A stretch of DNA of 64,000 nucleotides from an uncultured Candidatus Rokubacteria bacterium (GTDB lineage Bacteria; Methylomirabilota; Methylomirabilia; Rokubacteriales; DASRDR01). The notes beneath the pieces are model-generated. The model was given only the letters and a program-made list of their open reading frames with translations, was not told the DNA's origin and ran no database searches. The stretch is from contig CAVPSB010000023.1 of NCBI GenBank assembly GCA_963708025.1, positions 64,001-128,000 on the forward strand. The letters run 5' to 3'. A program made the position numbers and the translations under genes. Shown here in pieces: positions 8,872 through 18,368 of the stretch; position 1 is the first letter of the stretch, and every line of letters starts with the position of its first letter.

Positions 8872-9969
8872 CTAGGGACGCGCGAGCGCGGAGTCCAGCG
8901 CCGCGAGCATCGCCGCGTTCTGGGCGGCGGTCCCGATGCTGATCCGGAGGTGCCGCGGCAGCCCGACGTGGGCCCCGTCTCGCACGAGCACCCCCTGCGC
9001 CCGCATGACGGCCACCACCGGGCCGGACTCCCGGTCGATCCGCACGATCAGGAAGTTCGCGTCGCTCGGGGCGTACCCGAGCCGCCGCGCCTCCAGCGCG
9101 TCGTAGAGCCGGCGCTTCTCCGCCCACACGAGGCGCCGCGTTGCCTCCCGGTGGTCGGTGTCCCCGATGGCCGCCGTGGCGCCGACCTGGGCGAGTCGCC
9201 CCACGTTGAACGGCTCGCGCGTCCGGTCGAGCATCGCGATGACGGCGGGGTCGGCGATCGCGTAGCCGACCCGCAGCCCGGCCAGGCCGGTGATCTTCGA
9301 GAACGTGCGCAGGAGCACGAGACCCCCGGGCCGGGCGCCGAGCGTCGCCAGGCCGTCGGCGGCCGCCTTCGGCTCCTCCACGAAGTCGATGTAGGCCTCG
9401 TCGAGCAAGATCACCACGTCGCCGGGACAGCGGGCAGCGAAGCGCTCCCAGTCGGCGCGTGGCAGCGCGGGGCCGGTCGGGTTGTGGGGACTCGACAGGC
9501 AGACGAGCTTCGTGCGCGGCGTCACGCGACGGAGGATGTCGCCGAGATCGATCCGGTAGTCCCGGAGCGGGCTCGTGACGACGGCCCCGCCGGCCAGGAG
9601 GGCCGTCGTCGTGTAGGGCTCGAAGGCCGGATCGGGCACGACGACCTCGTCGCCGGGATCGAGCAGCGCGCGGGCGAGGATGGTGAGGATCTCGTCGCCG
9701 CCGTTGCCGAACAGGAGATGGGCCGGCGTGACGCCCAGCGCCGCGGCCACCGCCTCCCGGAGCGCGGGCGCGCCGCCGTCAGGGTAGAGGTGGATCCGGC
9801 CCGCCTCCGCGCGGATGGCCTCCACGGCGCGCGGCGACGGTCCGATGGGGTTCTCGTTGGCCGAGAGCCGGATCACCGGCCGGCCCAGCTCGGCCTCGAG
9901 CCGCGCTAGAGGCGGCGGCGGGATGTACGGCTCGATGCGGGAGAGGATCGGGCGCCAGCGGGGCGGCAT
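8872..9969 (-). CDS. hisC: Histidinol-phosphate aminotransferase
   Basis: LSANENP, GNGGDE, PHNPTG, LDEAY, RTFSK..GLAGLRVGY. Confidence 0.9.
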   Translation of the reverse strand: MPPRWRPILSRIEPYIPPPPLARLEAELGRPVIRLSANENPIGPSPRAVEAIRAEAGRIHLYPDGGAPALREAVAAALGVTPAHLLFGNGGDEILTILARALLDPGDEVVVPDPAFEPYTTTALLAGGAVVTSPLRDYRIDLGDILRRVTPRTKLVCLSSPHNPTGPALPRADWERFAARCPGDVVILLDEAYIDFVEEPKAAADGLATLGARPGGLVLLRTFSKITGLAGLRVGYAIADPAVIAMLDRTREPFNVGRLAQVGATAAIGDTDHREATRRLVWAEKRRLYDALEARRLGYAPSDANFLIVRIDRESGPVVAVMRAQGVLVRDGAHVGLPRHLRISIGTAAQNAAMLAALDSALARP

Positions 9970-9978
9970 GGCGGGGGG

Positions 9979-10007
9979 AGTGTACGGGCCGAGCCGCGCA
10001 CTGTCAA
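9979..10007 (-). promoter_or_regulatory. Sigma70-type promoter for hisC
   Basis: TTGACA-17 nt-TACACT on the minus strand, 9 nt before ATG. Confidence 0.7.
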
Positions 10008-10032
10008 GGCGCGGGGGAGTGCGATACCATCC

Positions 10033-10821
10033 ATGCCGATGCCGCCGGCTCACATCGACGTGCGCGATCTAAGCAAGCGGTGGGCCACCCGCGACGGCGG
10101 CGTGGCCGCCCTCGATCGGATCTCCCTCGGCGTGGCGCCGCAGGAATTCGTGACCGTGCTCGGCCCGTCCGGCTGCGGCAAGTCGACCCTGCTCTCGATC
10201 ATCGGCGGCCTGGTGGCGCCGGACGCGGGCGAGGTCCGGGTGGCCGGGGCCGCGCTCCGGGGCCCCGATCCGCGCAAGGTGGCCATGGTTTTCCAGGACC
10301 CCGGCCTCTTCCCGTGGCGGACCGCGCTCGAGAACGTCGAGTTCGGCCTGGAGCTCCAGGGAGTGCCGGCGGCCCAGCGGCGGGAGACCGCCCGCGGACT
10401 CCTCGAGCCGGTCGGGCTTCGCGGGTTCGAGGGGCGTTATCCCCGCGAGCTGTCCGGCGGGATGAAGCAGCGGGTGGCGATCGCCCGCGCGCTGGCGCTC
10501 GACTCGCCGATCCTCCTGATGGACGAGCCCTTCGGCGCCCTCGACGAGCAGACGCGGCTCCTGATGGGCGAGTGGCTCCTCGGCATCTGGGCCAAGACTC
10601 GGAAGACCGTGGTGTTCGTCACCCACAGCCTGCAGGAGGCGATCATGCTGTCCCAGCGTATCCTATTGATGACGGCGCGGCCGGGCCGCATCAAGGCGAC
10701 GTTCGAGGTGGCGCTCTCCTCGCCCCGGGATCTGACCGGGGCGGAGGCCATGGCGCTCCGGGTCAGGCTGTGGGACGCGATCCGCGAAGAGTCGCTGCGC
10801 GCGATGGAGAGCGGCCTGTGA
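10033..10821 (+). CDS. NitT/TauT family ABC transporter ATP-binding protein
   Basis: [36 protein letters not shown]. Confidence 0.95.
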   Translation: MPMPPAHIDVRDLSKRWATRDGGVAALDRISLGVAPQEFVTVLGPSGCGKSTLLSIIGGLVAPDAGEVRVAGAALRGPDPRKVAMVFQDPGLFPWRTALENVEFGLELQGVPAAQRRETARGLLEPVGLRGFEGRYPRELSGGMKQRVAIARALALDSPILLMDEPFGALDEQTRLLMGEWLLGIWAKTRKTVVFVTHSLQEAIMLSQRILLMTARPGRIKATFEVALSSPRDLTGAEAMALRVRLWDAIREESLRAMESGL

Positions 10822-11564
10822 GGATCGTCGTCGCGCGGGTCGCCCTGCTGGTCCTGGCCCTGGGCGCCTGGGAGCTGTGGGCCCGCCGGGAGAACCCTCT
10901 CCTCTACATTCCGCCCTCCCGGGTCGGGCCGGCGCTGGTCCGCCTGCTTCGCCTCGAGTCCTACCCGACGCTTCCCGTAGAGCTCGCGCTCACCGTGGTC
11001 GAGGTATTGGTCGCCTTCGCGCTGGCAGCGGGGCTCGGGCTGGCCCTCGGCTTCCTTCTGGGGCTGCCGCGCTACCTCGGCGAGGTCTACGAGCCGATTC
11101 TCTCGGCGCTCTACGCGATCCCGAGCGTCGTCTGGTATCCCTCGCTCATGCTCTTCTTCGGGCTCGGCCCGGCGTCCAAGATCGCCTTCGGCGTCCTGCT
11201 CGGGTTCTTCCCGGTGGTCCTGGCGGTCCTGACCGGCATCCGCTCGGTCGACCGGCACCTCATCACGGTGGCGCGGGCGTTCGGGGCGAGCCCGGCGAGC
11301 TGCTTCCTCAGGGTGATGCTGCCGGCCATGAGCGGGACCCTGGTGGCCGGCCTTCGCGCGGGGCTCGCGCTCGTGGTCGTGGGCGTGATCGTGGGCGAGA
11401 TCCTGGGCGCCCGCGGCGGGCTCGGCCATCTGATCAACCACGCCTACGGCTTCATGCGGACCGCCGACTACGCGGCGCTGGCCATCGTGGCGCTGCTCCT
11501 GGTGGTCGTCGTGGATAGCGCCGGCGCCCTCGTCGAGGCGCGGGCCCGCCGCTGGGTCGCCTGA
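10818..11564 (+). CDS. NitT/TauT ABC transporter permease
   Basis: Hydrophobic; ARAFGAS loop, GEILG..GLG; GTGA overlap with the ATPase gene. Confidence 0.9.
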   Translation: MRIVVARVALLVLALGAWELWARRENPLLYIPPSRVGPALVRLLRLESYPTLPVELALTVVEVLVAFALAAGLGLALGFLLGLPRYLGEVYEPILSALYAIPSVVWYPSLMLFFGLGPASKIAFGVLLGFFPVVLAVLTGIRSVDRHLITVARAFGASPASCFLRVMLPAMSGTLVAGLRAGLALVVVGVIVGEILGARGGLGHLINHAYGFMRTADYAALAIVALLLVVVVDSAGALVEARARRWVA

Positions 11565-11565
11565 A

Positions 11566-11645
11566 CCTCGGGGGCCTCGGAAGGCCCCCGAGGCCCCCCC
11601 GCGGCGGCCGCGGCGCGAAGTGGAACGCCAGGGCCGCGCGGCCGG
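11566..11645 (+). repeat. Palindromic repeat of type TCGGGGGCCTCGGAAGGCCCCCGA
   Basis: Hairpin; related copies at 12603-12670 (reverse) and degenerate copies near 7790-7830 and 61965-62010. Confidence 0.65.
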
Positions 11646-11720
11646 AGCCGGGGGGTGCGAGAAGCCGATGGGCGGCGAGAATGGGGACCGCCGTCCCAGA
11701 GTGTCTGAAGCAGTCGATGC

Positions 11721-11778
11721 TTCCGGCCCCCCTCCCCCCGGTGGGTGGGGGAGGGGGGTTGGGGGGTGGGCGGGAGGT
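11721..11778 (+). repeat. G/C-tract REP-like repeat, copy 3
   Basis: CCGGCCCCCCTCCCCCCGGTGGGTGGGGGAGGGGGGTTGGGGGGTGGGCGGGAGGT. Confidence 0.85.
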
Positions 11779-11783
11779 TACGA

Positions 11784-12527
11784 ATGTCGGCCTGGATGCG
11801 GCGGATGATCCAGCTCGGCTCGATTCTGCTCCTGCTGCTCGCCTGGGACACGGTCGTGCGGCTCGAGTGGGTGGATTCGCTCTTCGTCCCGGCGCCCTCG
11901 GCGGTGGCGCTGGCGCTGGCGGCGATCGGCCCCGAGGCCTTCCGCCTCCTCGGCGAGACGCTCGGCAAAGCGCTGATCGCCTACGTGCTGTCGGTTGTGC
12001 TCGGGGTCGGCGTCGGCCTGGCGATCGGCGCGGTCCGGTACCTCCACGACGTGCTGAACCCGTTTCTCATCGCGGTGTACGCGATTCCGAAGATCCTGGT
12101 CCTGCCGTGGATCTTGCTGACCTTTGGCCTCGGGCTGACGCCGGCGATCGTCTACGGACTCCTGCAGGGCTTCTTCCCGATCTGCCTCCTGGTGGCGGGC
12201 GGGGTGCGTGACATCGACCGCCAGCCGATCGTGATCGCCCGCTCGATGGGCGCGACGACCGGGCAGATCTACCGGAAGGTCATCTTCCCGGCGGTGCTGC
12301 CGTCCGTCCTGGCCGGCATGCGGCTCGGGATCGTCTTCTGCCTGCTCGGCGTCCTCGTGGTCGAGATGTTCGGCGGGATCCGGGGGATGGGCTTCCTGCT
12401 CACCACGCTGGCCAACGCCTTCCGGGCGGCCGAGCTGTTCGCCGCGACCGCGCTGGTCTCCGTGCTGTCGATCGCCGTGGTCCTGGCGCTGGAGAGCCTG
12501 AACCGCCACCTCGGCCGCTGGCGCTGA
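11784..12527 (+). CDS. NitT/TauT ABC transporter permease (second)
   Basis: YAIPKI, ARSMGAT loop, VEMFGG..GMG. Confidence 0.9.
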   Translation: MSAWMRRMIQLGSILLLLLAWDTVVRLEWVDSLFVPAPSAVALALAAIGPEAFRLLGETLGKALIAYVLSVVLGVGVGLAIGAVRYLHDVLNPFLIAVYAIPKILVLPWILLTFGLGLTPAIVYGLLQGFFPICLLVAGGVRDIDRQPIVIARSMGATTGQIYRKVIFPAVLPSVLAGMRLGIVFCLLGVLVVEMFGGIRGMGFLLTTLANAFRAAELFAATALVSVLSIAVVLALESLNRHLGRWR

Positions 12528-12602
12528 CCGGCCCCCTCCAACGAATCGGAGTTCGCGGAGTATGCAGTGTCGCGTTCAGTGCGACGCGAGCCATGAAGAG
12601 CG

Positions 12603-12670
12603 TCCGAGCGGCGGCTTCGCCGCCGCAACCGAGGGGGGGGAATCGGGGGGTCTTCCGAGACCCCCCGAAG
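12603..12670 (-). repeat. Palindromic repeat (GGGGGGTCTCGGAAGACCCCC...GCGGCGAAGCCGCCGCTCGGA)
   Basis: Two hairpins between convergent genes; same family as 11566-11645. Confidence 0.7.
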
Positions 12671-12673
12671 AAA

Positions 12674-13657
12674 CTACACGCGGACCGGGGTGAACTCGGT
12701 CGTGTAGCAGTCGGCGGTCGGCACCCGCTGCTTCTGGGCCTTCAGGTCGACCATCGTCGTCTGCATGATGTCGATCGCTTCGACGCTGATCGCGCCGTCC
12801 CTGGAGAAGAGCGGGCCGGTGATCTCGGCGGCGCGGGCCACGGCGTTCTCGGGCCAGCCCAGGGTCTTGGCCGCGATGGCGTGGGCCTCCTTCGGCGACT
12901 CGCGGATGAGCTTCACCCCCTGGAAGAAGCCCTTGAGGATGCCCCCGATGGCCGCCTTCTGGCCCTTGATGGCGTCGTCGGTGCAGTAGGCGGCCAGGCT
13001 GATCCACTTCGGGGTGACCGAGTCGAGCCGGAACAGGATCCGTGATTTGCCCTGGAGCTCCGAGACCGCGCCCGAGTCGCCGAAGATGAAAGCGTGGATC
13101 TCCCCGCGAGAGGCGGCGGCGAGGATGGCATCGTTCCCCCCCAGGCCGAGGATCTTCACGTCGCGCTCGGGATCCCATCCCTGCTGCCGGGCCACCAGGT
13201 TGGCGAAGACCCACGTGGTGGAGCCGACGCGGGTGACGCCGATCGACTTGCCCTTGAGGTCGGCGAGCTTGGCGATGCCCGGCACCACGTTGAAGGTGAA
13301 CGAGTTGCCCCCGACGACGGTGGCGACGTACCGGATCGGGACGCCCTCCGCCCGGAAGACCGGCACGTCGGTGGCCCCGGTGACGCCGACCAGGATCTGC
13401 TCCCCGACGACCGCCTTGACGAGGTCGGGCCCGCCCCGGAACGGCTGGAACTCGACGTTCACCCCGGCCGCCTTGAAGAACCCCTTGTCCAGCGCGACCG
13501 CGATCGGCCCCACCAGCCCGAAGTCCGAGAGGACGGCGGTGCCGATCTTGACCGTCGGCCCCTGGGCGGGGACCGGCCACGGGCGCGTGACCACGCCGGC
13601 GGCGGTCACCAGGCCGCCGGCCGTCAGCCGGAAGAACTGCCGTCGTGAGGTCTGCAT
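12674..13657 (-). CDS. NitT/TauT (NMT1/SsuA-like) substrate-binding protein with Tat signal, paralog B
   Basis: SRRQFF twin-arginine signal; ADLKGKSIGVTRVGSTT. Confidence 0.9.
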   Translation of the reverse strand: MQTSRRQFFRLTAGGLVTAAGVVTRPWPVPAQGPTVKIGTAVLSDFGLVGPIAVALDKGFFKAAGVNVEFQPFRGGPDLVKAVVGEQILVGVTGATDVPVFRAEGVPIRYVATVVGGNSFTFNVVPGIAKLADLKGKSIGVTRVGSTTWVFANLVARQQGWDPERDVKILGLGGNDAILAAASRGEIHAFIFGDSGAVSELQGKSRILFRLDSVTPKWISLAAYCTDDAIKGQKAAIGGILKGFFQGVKLIRESPKEAHAIAAKTLGWPENAVARAAEITGPLFSRDGAISVEAIDIMQTTMVDLKAQKQRVPTADCYTTEFTPVRV

Positions 13658-13677
13658 CGGATCGCTCCTTCGCCAGC

Positions 13678-14658
13678 TCACAGCCGGACCGGAGTGAACT
13701 CCGCCGTGTAGCAGTCGGCGGTGGGCACCCGCTGCTTCTGGGCCTTCAGCTCGACCAATGTCGTCTGCATCACGTCGATGGCCTCGACGTTGATGGCGCC
13801 GTCCTTGGAGAGGAGCGGCCCCGAGACCTGGTGGGCGCGCAGGACGGCTTCCTCCGACCAGCCGATGGCCTTGGCCGCGATGGGAGCGGCCTCCTTCGGC
13901 GACTCGCGCAGGAGCTTCGAGCCCTGGAAGAACCCCCGGAGGGTGCGCTGGAGCGCGTCCTTGTTCCCCTTGATGTACTCGTCGGTGCAGTAGGCCGACT
14001 GGCTGATCCACTTCGGCGTCACGCTGTCCAGCCGGACGAGGATCTTCGACTTCCCCTGGAGCTCGGTCACGGCTCCCCCGTCGCCCCAGACATAGGCGTG
14101 GATCTCGCCCCGGGTGAGTGCTGCCAGCTGGGCGTCCAGCCCGCCGAGCCCGAGGATCTTGACGTCGCGCTCCGGATCCCAGCCCTGCTGCTTGGCGAGC
14201 ATGACGGCGAAGACCCAGGTGGTGGCGCCGACGCGGGTGACCCCGATCGACTTGTCCTTGAGATCGGCGAGCCGGGCGATCCCGGGGGCCACGTTGAGGG
14301 TGAAGTGGTTCCCGTCCACGGTGGTCGCCACGTAGCGGACCGGGACCCCCTCGGCGCGGAAGACGGGAACGTCCGTGCTGCCGGTCACCCCGATCTGGAC
14401 TTGATTGGCGAGGACGGCCTTGACGAGGTCGGGGCCACCGCGGAAGGGCTGGAACTCGACGTTCACCCCGGCGGCCTTGAAGTAGCCCTTCTCCAGTCCG
14501 ACCACGATCGGGGAGACGAGCGAGTAGTCGGCGAGCACCGCCGTCCCGATCTTGACGGTCGGCACCTGCGCCGGCACGGGCCGGGGTCGGGCGGCGGCAG
14601 CAGCCGCCACCACACCGCCGGCGGTGACACGGAAGAACTGACGCCGGGACGTCACCAT
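13678..14658 (-). CDS. NitT/TauT substrate-binding protein with Tat signal, paralog A
   Basis: SRRQFF signal; collinear and highly similar to 12674-13657. Confidence 0.9.
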   Translation of the reverse strand: MVTSRRQFFRVTAGGVVAAAAAARPRPVPAQVPTVKIGTAVLADYSLVSPIVVGLEKGYFKAAGVNVEFQPFRGGPDLVKAVLANQVQIGVTGSTDVPVFRAEGVPVRYVATTVDGNHFTLNVAPGIARLADLKDKSIGVTRVGATTWVFAVMLAKQQGWDPERDVKILGLGGLDAQLAALTRGEIHAYVWGDGGAVTELQGKSKILVRLDSVTPKWISQSAYCTDEYIKGNKDALQRTLRGFFQGSKLLRESPKEAAPIAAKAIGWSEEAVLRAHQVSGPLLSKDGAINVEAIDVMQTTLVELKAQKQRVPTADCYTAEFTPVRL

Positions 14659-14790
14659 GAAGGGCTCCTTTCTCGAACCGATTGGAGCATCCGTTGGACG
14701 TGGCGGGCGATCCGCGGCTCGGATCATACCGAGGGCGCCGCCGGACTGTCAATTGCCGCGTCCAGCGCGGCCGCCCGGCGCCCCGGTTGT

Positions 14791-14819
14791 TTGACACCCC
14801 CTACCCGGCATGCTAGCGT
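14791..14819 (+). promoter_or_regulatory. Sigma70-type promoter upstream of glnD
   Basis: TTGACA-17 nt-TAGCGT with extended TG. Confidence 0.6.
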
Positions 14820-14966
14820 CGTGTGTGCCATATCCTCGCGATGCTGCCTGCGTGGCTCCGCCCGCGCGGTCGATCGAGGCGGGCGGAGAAACTGGGGAGC
14901 CCGGGAAGGCCCGGAGGCCGGTCGCGACCGGGACGAGCGACGAGGCCACCCGAGGCGCATGAGGCA

Positions 14967-17765
14967 ATGGTTGACACTCTCGCTCGCCGTTTGCGCCGCG
15001 CCGAAGCGGTCTTGCAGGAGAGCTTCATCGGCCCGGCCGCCGACTGGCCGGATCGCCGCCGCCGGCTCCGGATCGAGCTGCTCCGCGAGCACCTGACCGC
15101 CGGCCAGGCGCGCCTGCGCGCCCGGCACGCCGATGGGGCGTCCGGGGAGGAGAGCGTCAGGAGCCACGCCGCCTTCATGGACGGCTTCCTGCGGCTCCTG
15201 TTCGAGCTCGCCCACACCGACGTCCGCCCGGATGGGCCCGGCCGGATGCCCCTGGTGCTGGCCGCGCTCGGCGGCTACGGGCGGGGCGAGCTGCACCCCT
15301 CCTCCGATCTCGACCTGATGCTCGTCCACGGGGGCGAGGTGACCCCGTACGTCCAGCGCATGGCCCAGGAGATCCTCTACACGCTCTGGGACCTCGGGCT
15401 GCGGGTCGGCCACGCGTGCCGGTCGCTGGCGGACTGTCTGGCGCTGGCCCGGACCGATCTGCCGAGCCGGACCTCCATGCAGGCGGCCCGGTTCCTCGCC
15501 GGCGACCGCCGCCTCTTCGAGAAGTTCCAGCGGACGCTCCGCCAGGAGGTCTACCGGAAGGACTACGCGGAGTTCCTCCGGCAGACCCTCGCCGAGCGCG
15601 ACGAGCGCTACCGCAAGCACGGCGGCTCGGTGTTCGCGCAAGAGCCGAACGTGAAGGAGTCGGCCGGCGGGCTCCGCGACGTCCACACCGCCCTCTGGCT
15701 AGCCTTCACCAAGTTCGGCGCTCGCACGCTCCAGGAGCTGGAGGACAAGCACCTGCTGACGCGCAAGGAGCGGGCGGCCACCGACGAGGCGCTGACCTTC
15801 CTCTGGCGGGTCCGGAACGAGCTGCACTTCCTGGCCGGCACCAAGCAGGACGTGCTGGAGCGCGAGCTGCAGGCGCGGATCGCGAAGAGCTTCGGCTACG
15901 AGACCGACACCGTCCGGCTGGACGTCGAGACGTTCATGCGCGACTACTACCGCCACGCGTGGACGATCCACCGTGTCTCGGCGCGCCTGATCGCCCGGTC
16001 CCACGAGGGGCTGGCCCGCCGGGTGACCGTCGGCCGCCGCGTCCGGGGTGCCGCGCTCGCCGACGGCCTCGTCGTCTACGACGGCCGGCTCCGCCTGACC
16101 GAGGCCGACGGCCTCCGCAAGGACCCGGCGCGCATCATGCGGGTCTTCTGGCACGCCCAGCAGCTCGGCTGCGCGCTGGACGTGGACCTCGAGCGGGCGG
16201 TCGAGGACGCGGCACCGGTGCTGGAGGAGGACGCCTGGCGGGCCTCGCCCGAGCTGCGCGCGATCTTCCTGGGGATCCTCCGGTCGTGGGGGCGGGTGGC
16301 CACCACGCTGCGCGGCATGCACGACACCGGGGTCCTGGGAGCGTACCTGCCGGAGTTCGGCGCGCTGACCTGCCTGCCCCAGTACGACCACTATCACCGC
16401 TACACGGTGGATCAGCACTCGCTGCTGGCGGTCGAGGTGCTGGAGGGACTGGCGCCCGGGCAGGGGGCCGACTCCGACGAGCTCGCCCAGCTGGTGGCAG
16501 AGCTGGAGCGACCCGAGCTCTTGACGCTGGGCGTGCTGCTCCACGACGTCGGCAAGGCGCAGGGGTCGGGCCACGCGGCGAAGGGCGTCCCTCTGATCAA
16601 GGGCCTCACGCGCCGGCTGAACCTCGATCCCGACGACGCCGCCGCCGTCGAGTTTCTCGTCGAGCACCACCTCGTCCTGTCCCACACCGCGGAGCGGCGC
16701 GACATCGAGGACCCCAAGACGGTGGAGCGATTCGCCTCCCTCGTGCGGTTCCCGGCCTGGCTCACGATGCTCTATCTCCTGAGCTGCGTCGACATCCGCG
16801 CGGTCGGGCCTGGCATCTGGAACCCGTGGCGGGGCGCGCTCCTGCGGGAGCTGTTCGTGCGGACCCGGACGCGCCTGGCCGGACGCTTCCCGAAGCCGCC
16901 CCGCCGCGCCGCCGTCGCCCACCGGATCGTGCAGGCGCTGGCCGATCCTACGTACGCCGCCGCCGCCGGGGCGCATCTGGCGGCGATGTCCGACCGCTAC
17001 GTCCGCTCGACCTCACCGCAGCGCATGGCCGCCCATCTCCGCCTGATCGACCGCCTGCGCGAGGAGCCGGTCGTCACCGAGCTGTTCCACTACCCGGAGC
17101 TGGGCGCCTCCGACCTGGTGGTCGTCACGCGGGACGTGCCCGGCCTGTTCGCGCTGATCGCCGGCACCCTGGCCGCCCACGACGTCAACATCCGGTCGGC
17201 GCAGATCGAGACCCGGGCCGACCGGGTGGCGGTCGACACCTTCCACGTCAACGACGCCGCCGGGGAGGCGATCCGCGACGAGCGCCGCTGGGATCAGGTG
17301 ACGGGCGCTCTGCGCCGTGCGCTCCGGGGCGAGGTGTCGGTCGAGGAGCTGTTCGCGACGCAGCGCCGGTCATTGCCGGCGCCCGCCGGCGCGGTGCGGG
17401 TCAGCCTGGACAACTCGTTGTCGGACACCCACACCGTGGTGGAGGTGAAGGCGCCGGACCGCGTTGGTCTGCTCTATGGCATCACCCGCGCGCTCGCCCA
17501 GCAGGGGCTCAACGTGGCGACGGCGAAGATCGCGACCGAGCGCGACCAGGCCTTCGACGCCTTCTACGTGACGGATGGAGCCGGCCGGAAGATCGAGGCG
17601 CCAGCGCGGGCCGCGGCCATCCGCGACGCCGTCAGGCGCGCGCTCGAGGCACCAGCGGCCGCGCCCGTCGCGGCCGAGACCCCAGAGGCCCCGGCGCAGC
17701 GCGGCCCAGCGGCCGCGCCCGTCGCGGCCGAGACGACGTCAGGCCTCCATGCTGGGACGCTATAA
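14967..17765 (+). CDS. glnD: [Protein-PII] uridylyltransferase
   Basis: ALGGYGRGELHPSSDLD NTase, EPNVKESAGGLRD, HRYTVDQH and LLHDVGK HD domain, two ACT domains (RDVPGLF, PDRVGLL). Confidence 0.95.
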   Translation: MVDTLARRLRRAEAVLQESFIGPAADWPDRRRRLRIELLREHLTAGQARLRARHADGASGEESVRSHAAFMDGFLRLLFELAHTDVRPDGPGRMPLVLAALGGYGRGELHPSSDLDLMLVHGGEVTPYVQRMAQEILYTLWDLGLRVGHACRSLADCLALARTDLPSRTSMQAARFLAGDRRLFEKFQRTLRQEVYRKDYAEFLRQTLAERDERYRKHGGSVFAQEPNVKESAGGLRDVHTALWLAFTKFGARTLQELEDKHLLTRKERAATDEALTFLWRVRNELHFLAGTKQDVLERELQARIAKSFGYETDTVRLDVETFMRDYYRHAWTIHRVSARLIARSHEGLARRVTVGRRVRGAALADGLVVYDGRLRLTEADGLRKDPARIMRVFWHAQQLGCALDVDLERAVEDAAPVLEEDAWRASPELRAIFLGILRSWGRVATTLRGMHDTGVLGAYLPEFGALTCLPQYDHYHRYTVDQHSLLAVEVLEGLAPGQGADSDELAQLVAELERPELLTLGVLLHDVGKAQGSGHAAKGVPLIKGLTRRLNLDPDDAAAVEFLVEHHLVLSHTAERRDIEDPKTVERFASLVRFPAWLTMLYLLSCVDIRAVGPGIWNPWRGALLRELFVRTRTRLAGRFPKPPRRAAVAHRIVQALADPTYAAAAGAHLAAMSDRYVRSTSPQRMAAHLRLIDRLREEPVVTELFHYPELGASDLVVVTRDVPGLFALIAGTLAAHDVNIRSAQIETRADRVAVDTFHVNDAAGEAIRDERRWDQVTGALRRALRGEVSVEELFATQRRSLPAPAGAVRVSLDNSLSDTHTVVEVKAPDRVGLLYGITRALAQQGLNVATAKIATERDQAFDAFYVTDGAGRKIEAPARAAAIRDAVRRALEAPAAAPVAAETPEAPAQRGPAAAPVAAETTSGLHAGTL

Positions 17766-18333
17766 GGCCGAGGTCGGCCGCATCGCCGAACCGGTCGCCC
17801 GCGCGCTGCTGGGTGCCCGGGTCCGGCCGAACCAGCTCACGGTCCTGGGGCTCTTCTGGTCGGCCGCCTCGGCCGCGGCCTTCGCGTACGACCGCCAGCG
17901 CTGGGGCGGCGTCCTGCTCGCGCTGGCCGGCATCTGCGACATCCTCGACGGCGCGCTGGCCCGCGTCTCGGGCCAGGTCTCGCCCTTCGGCGCTTTTCTC
18001 GACTCGGTGCTCGACCGGTACTCGGACCTGCTGGTCCTGGCCGGCCTGCTCTTCCTCTTCGTGCGGTTCGGCCGCGCAGTGGACGTGGCCGCGACGCTGG
18101 CGGCCCTGGTCGGGACAGTGATGGTCAGCTACATCCGGGCTCGGGCGGAGTCGGTCGGGGTGGAGTGCAAGGTCGGGTTGATGGAGCGGGGCGAGCGTCT
18201 GCTCGTGCTGATCGCGGGCTCGATCTTCGATCTGCTCGTCCCCGCCATCTGGGTCTTGGCCGTGGGCGCCAACGCGACGGCGGCTCACCGGATCTGGCAC
18301 ACGTGGCGCGCGACGCAGGGCATTTATCGGTAG
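17749..18333 (+). CDS. CDP-alcohol phosphatidyltransferase family protein
   Basis: DILDGALAR...GAFLDSVLDRYSD signature. Confidence 0.92.
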   Translation: MLGRYKAEVGRIAEPVARALLGARVRPNQLTVLGLFWSAASAAAFAYDRQRWGGVLLALAGICDILDGALARVSGQVSPFGAFLDSVLDRYSDLLVLAGLLFLFVRFGRAVDVAATLAALVGTVMVSYIRARAESVGVECKVGLMERGERLLVLIAGSIFDLLVPAIWVLAVGANATAAHRIWHTWRATQGIYR

Positions 18334-18368
18334 ACGGAATTTGGGCGCCCTCCTGCTAGACTAGAGCC

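Noticed and set aside
12674-14797. 707-aa ORF suggesting a double binding protein
   Set aside because: The N-terminal half is an off-frame reading of paralog A; the real genes are 13678-14658 and 12674-13657
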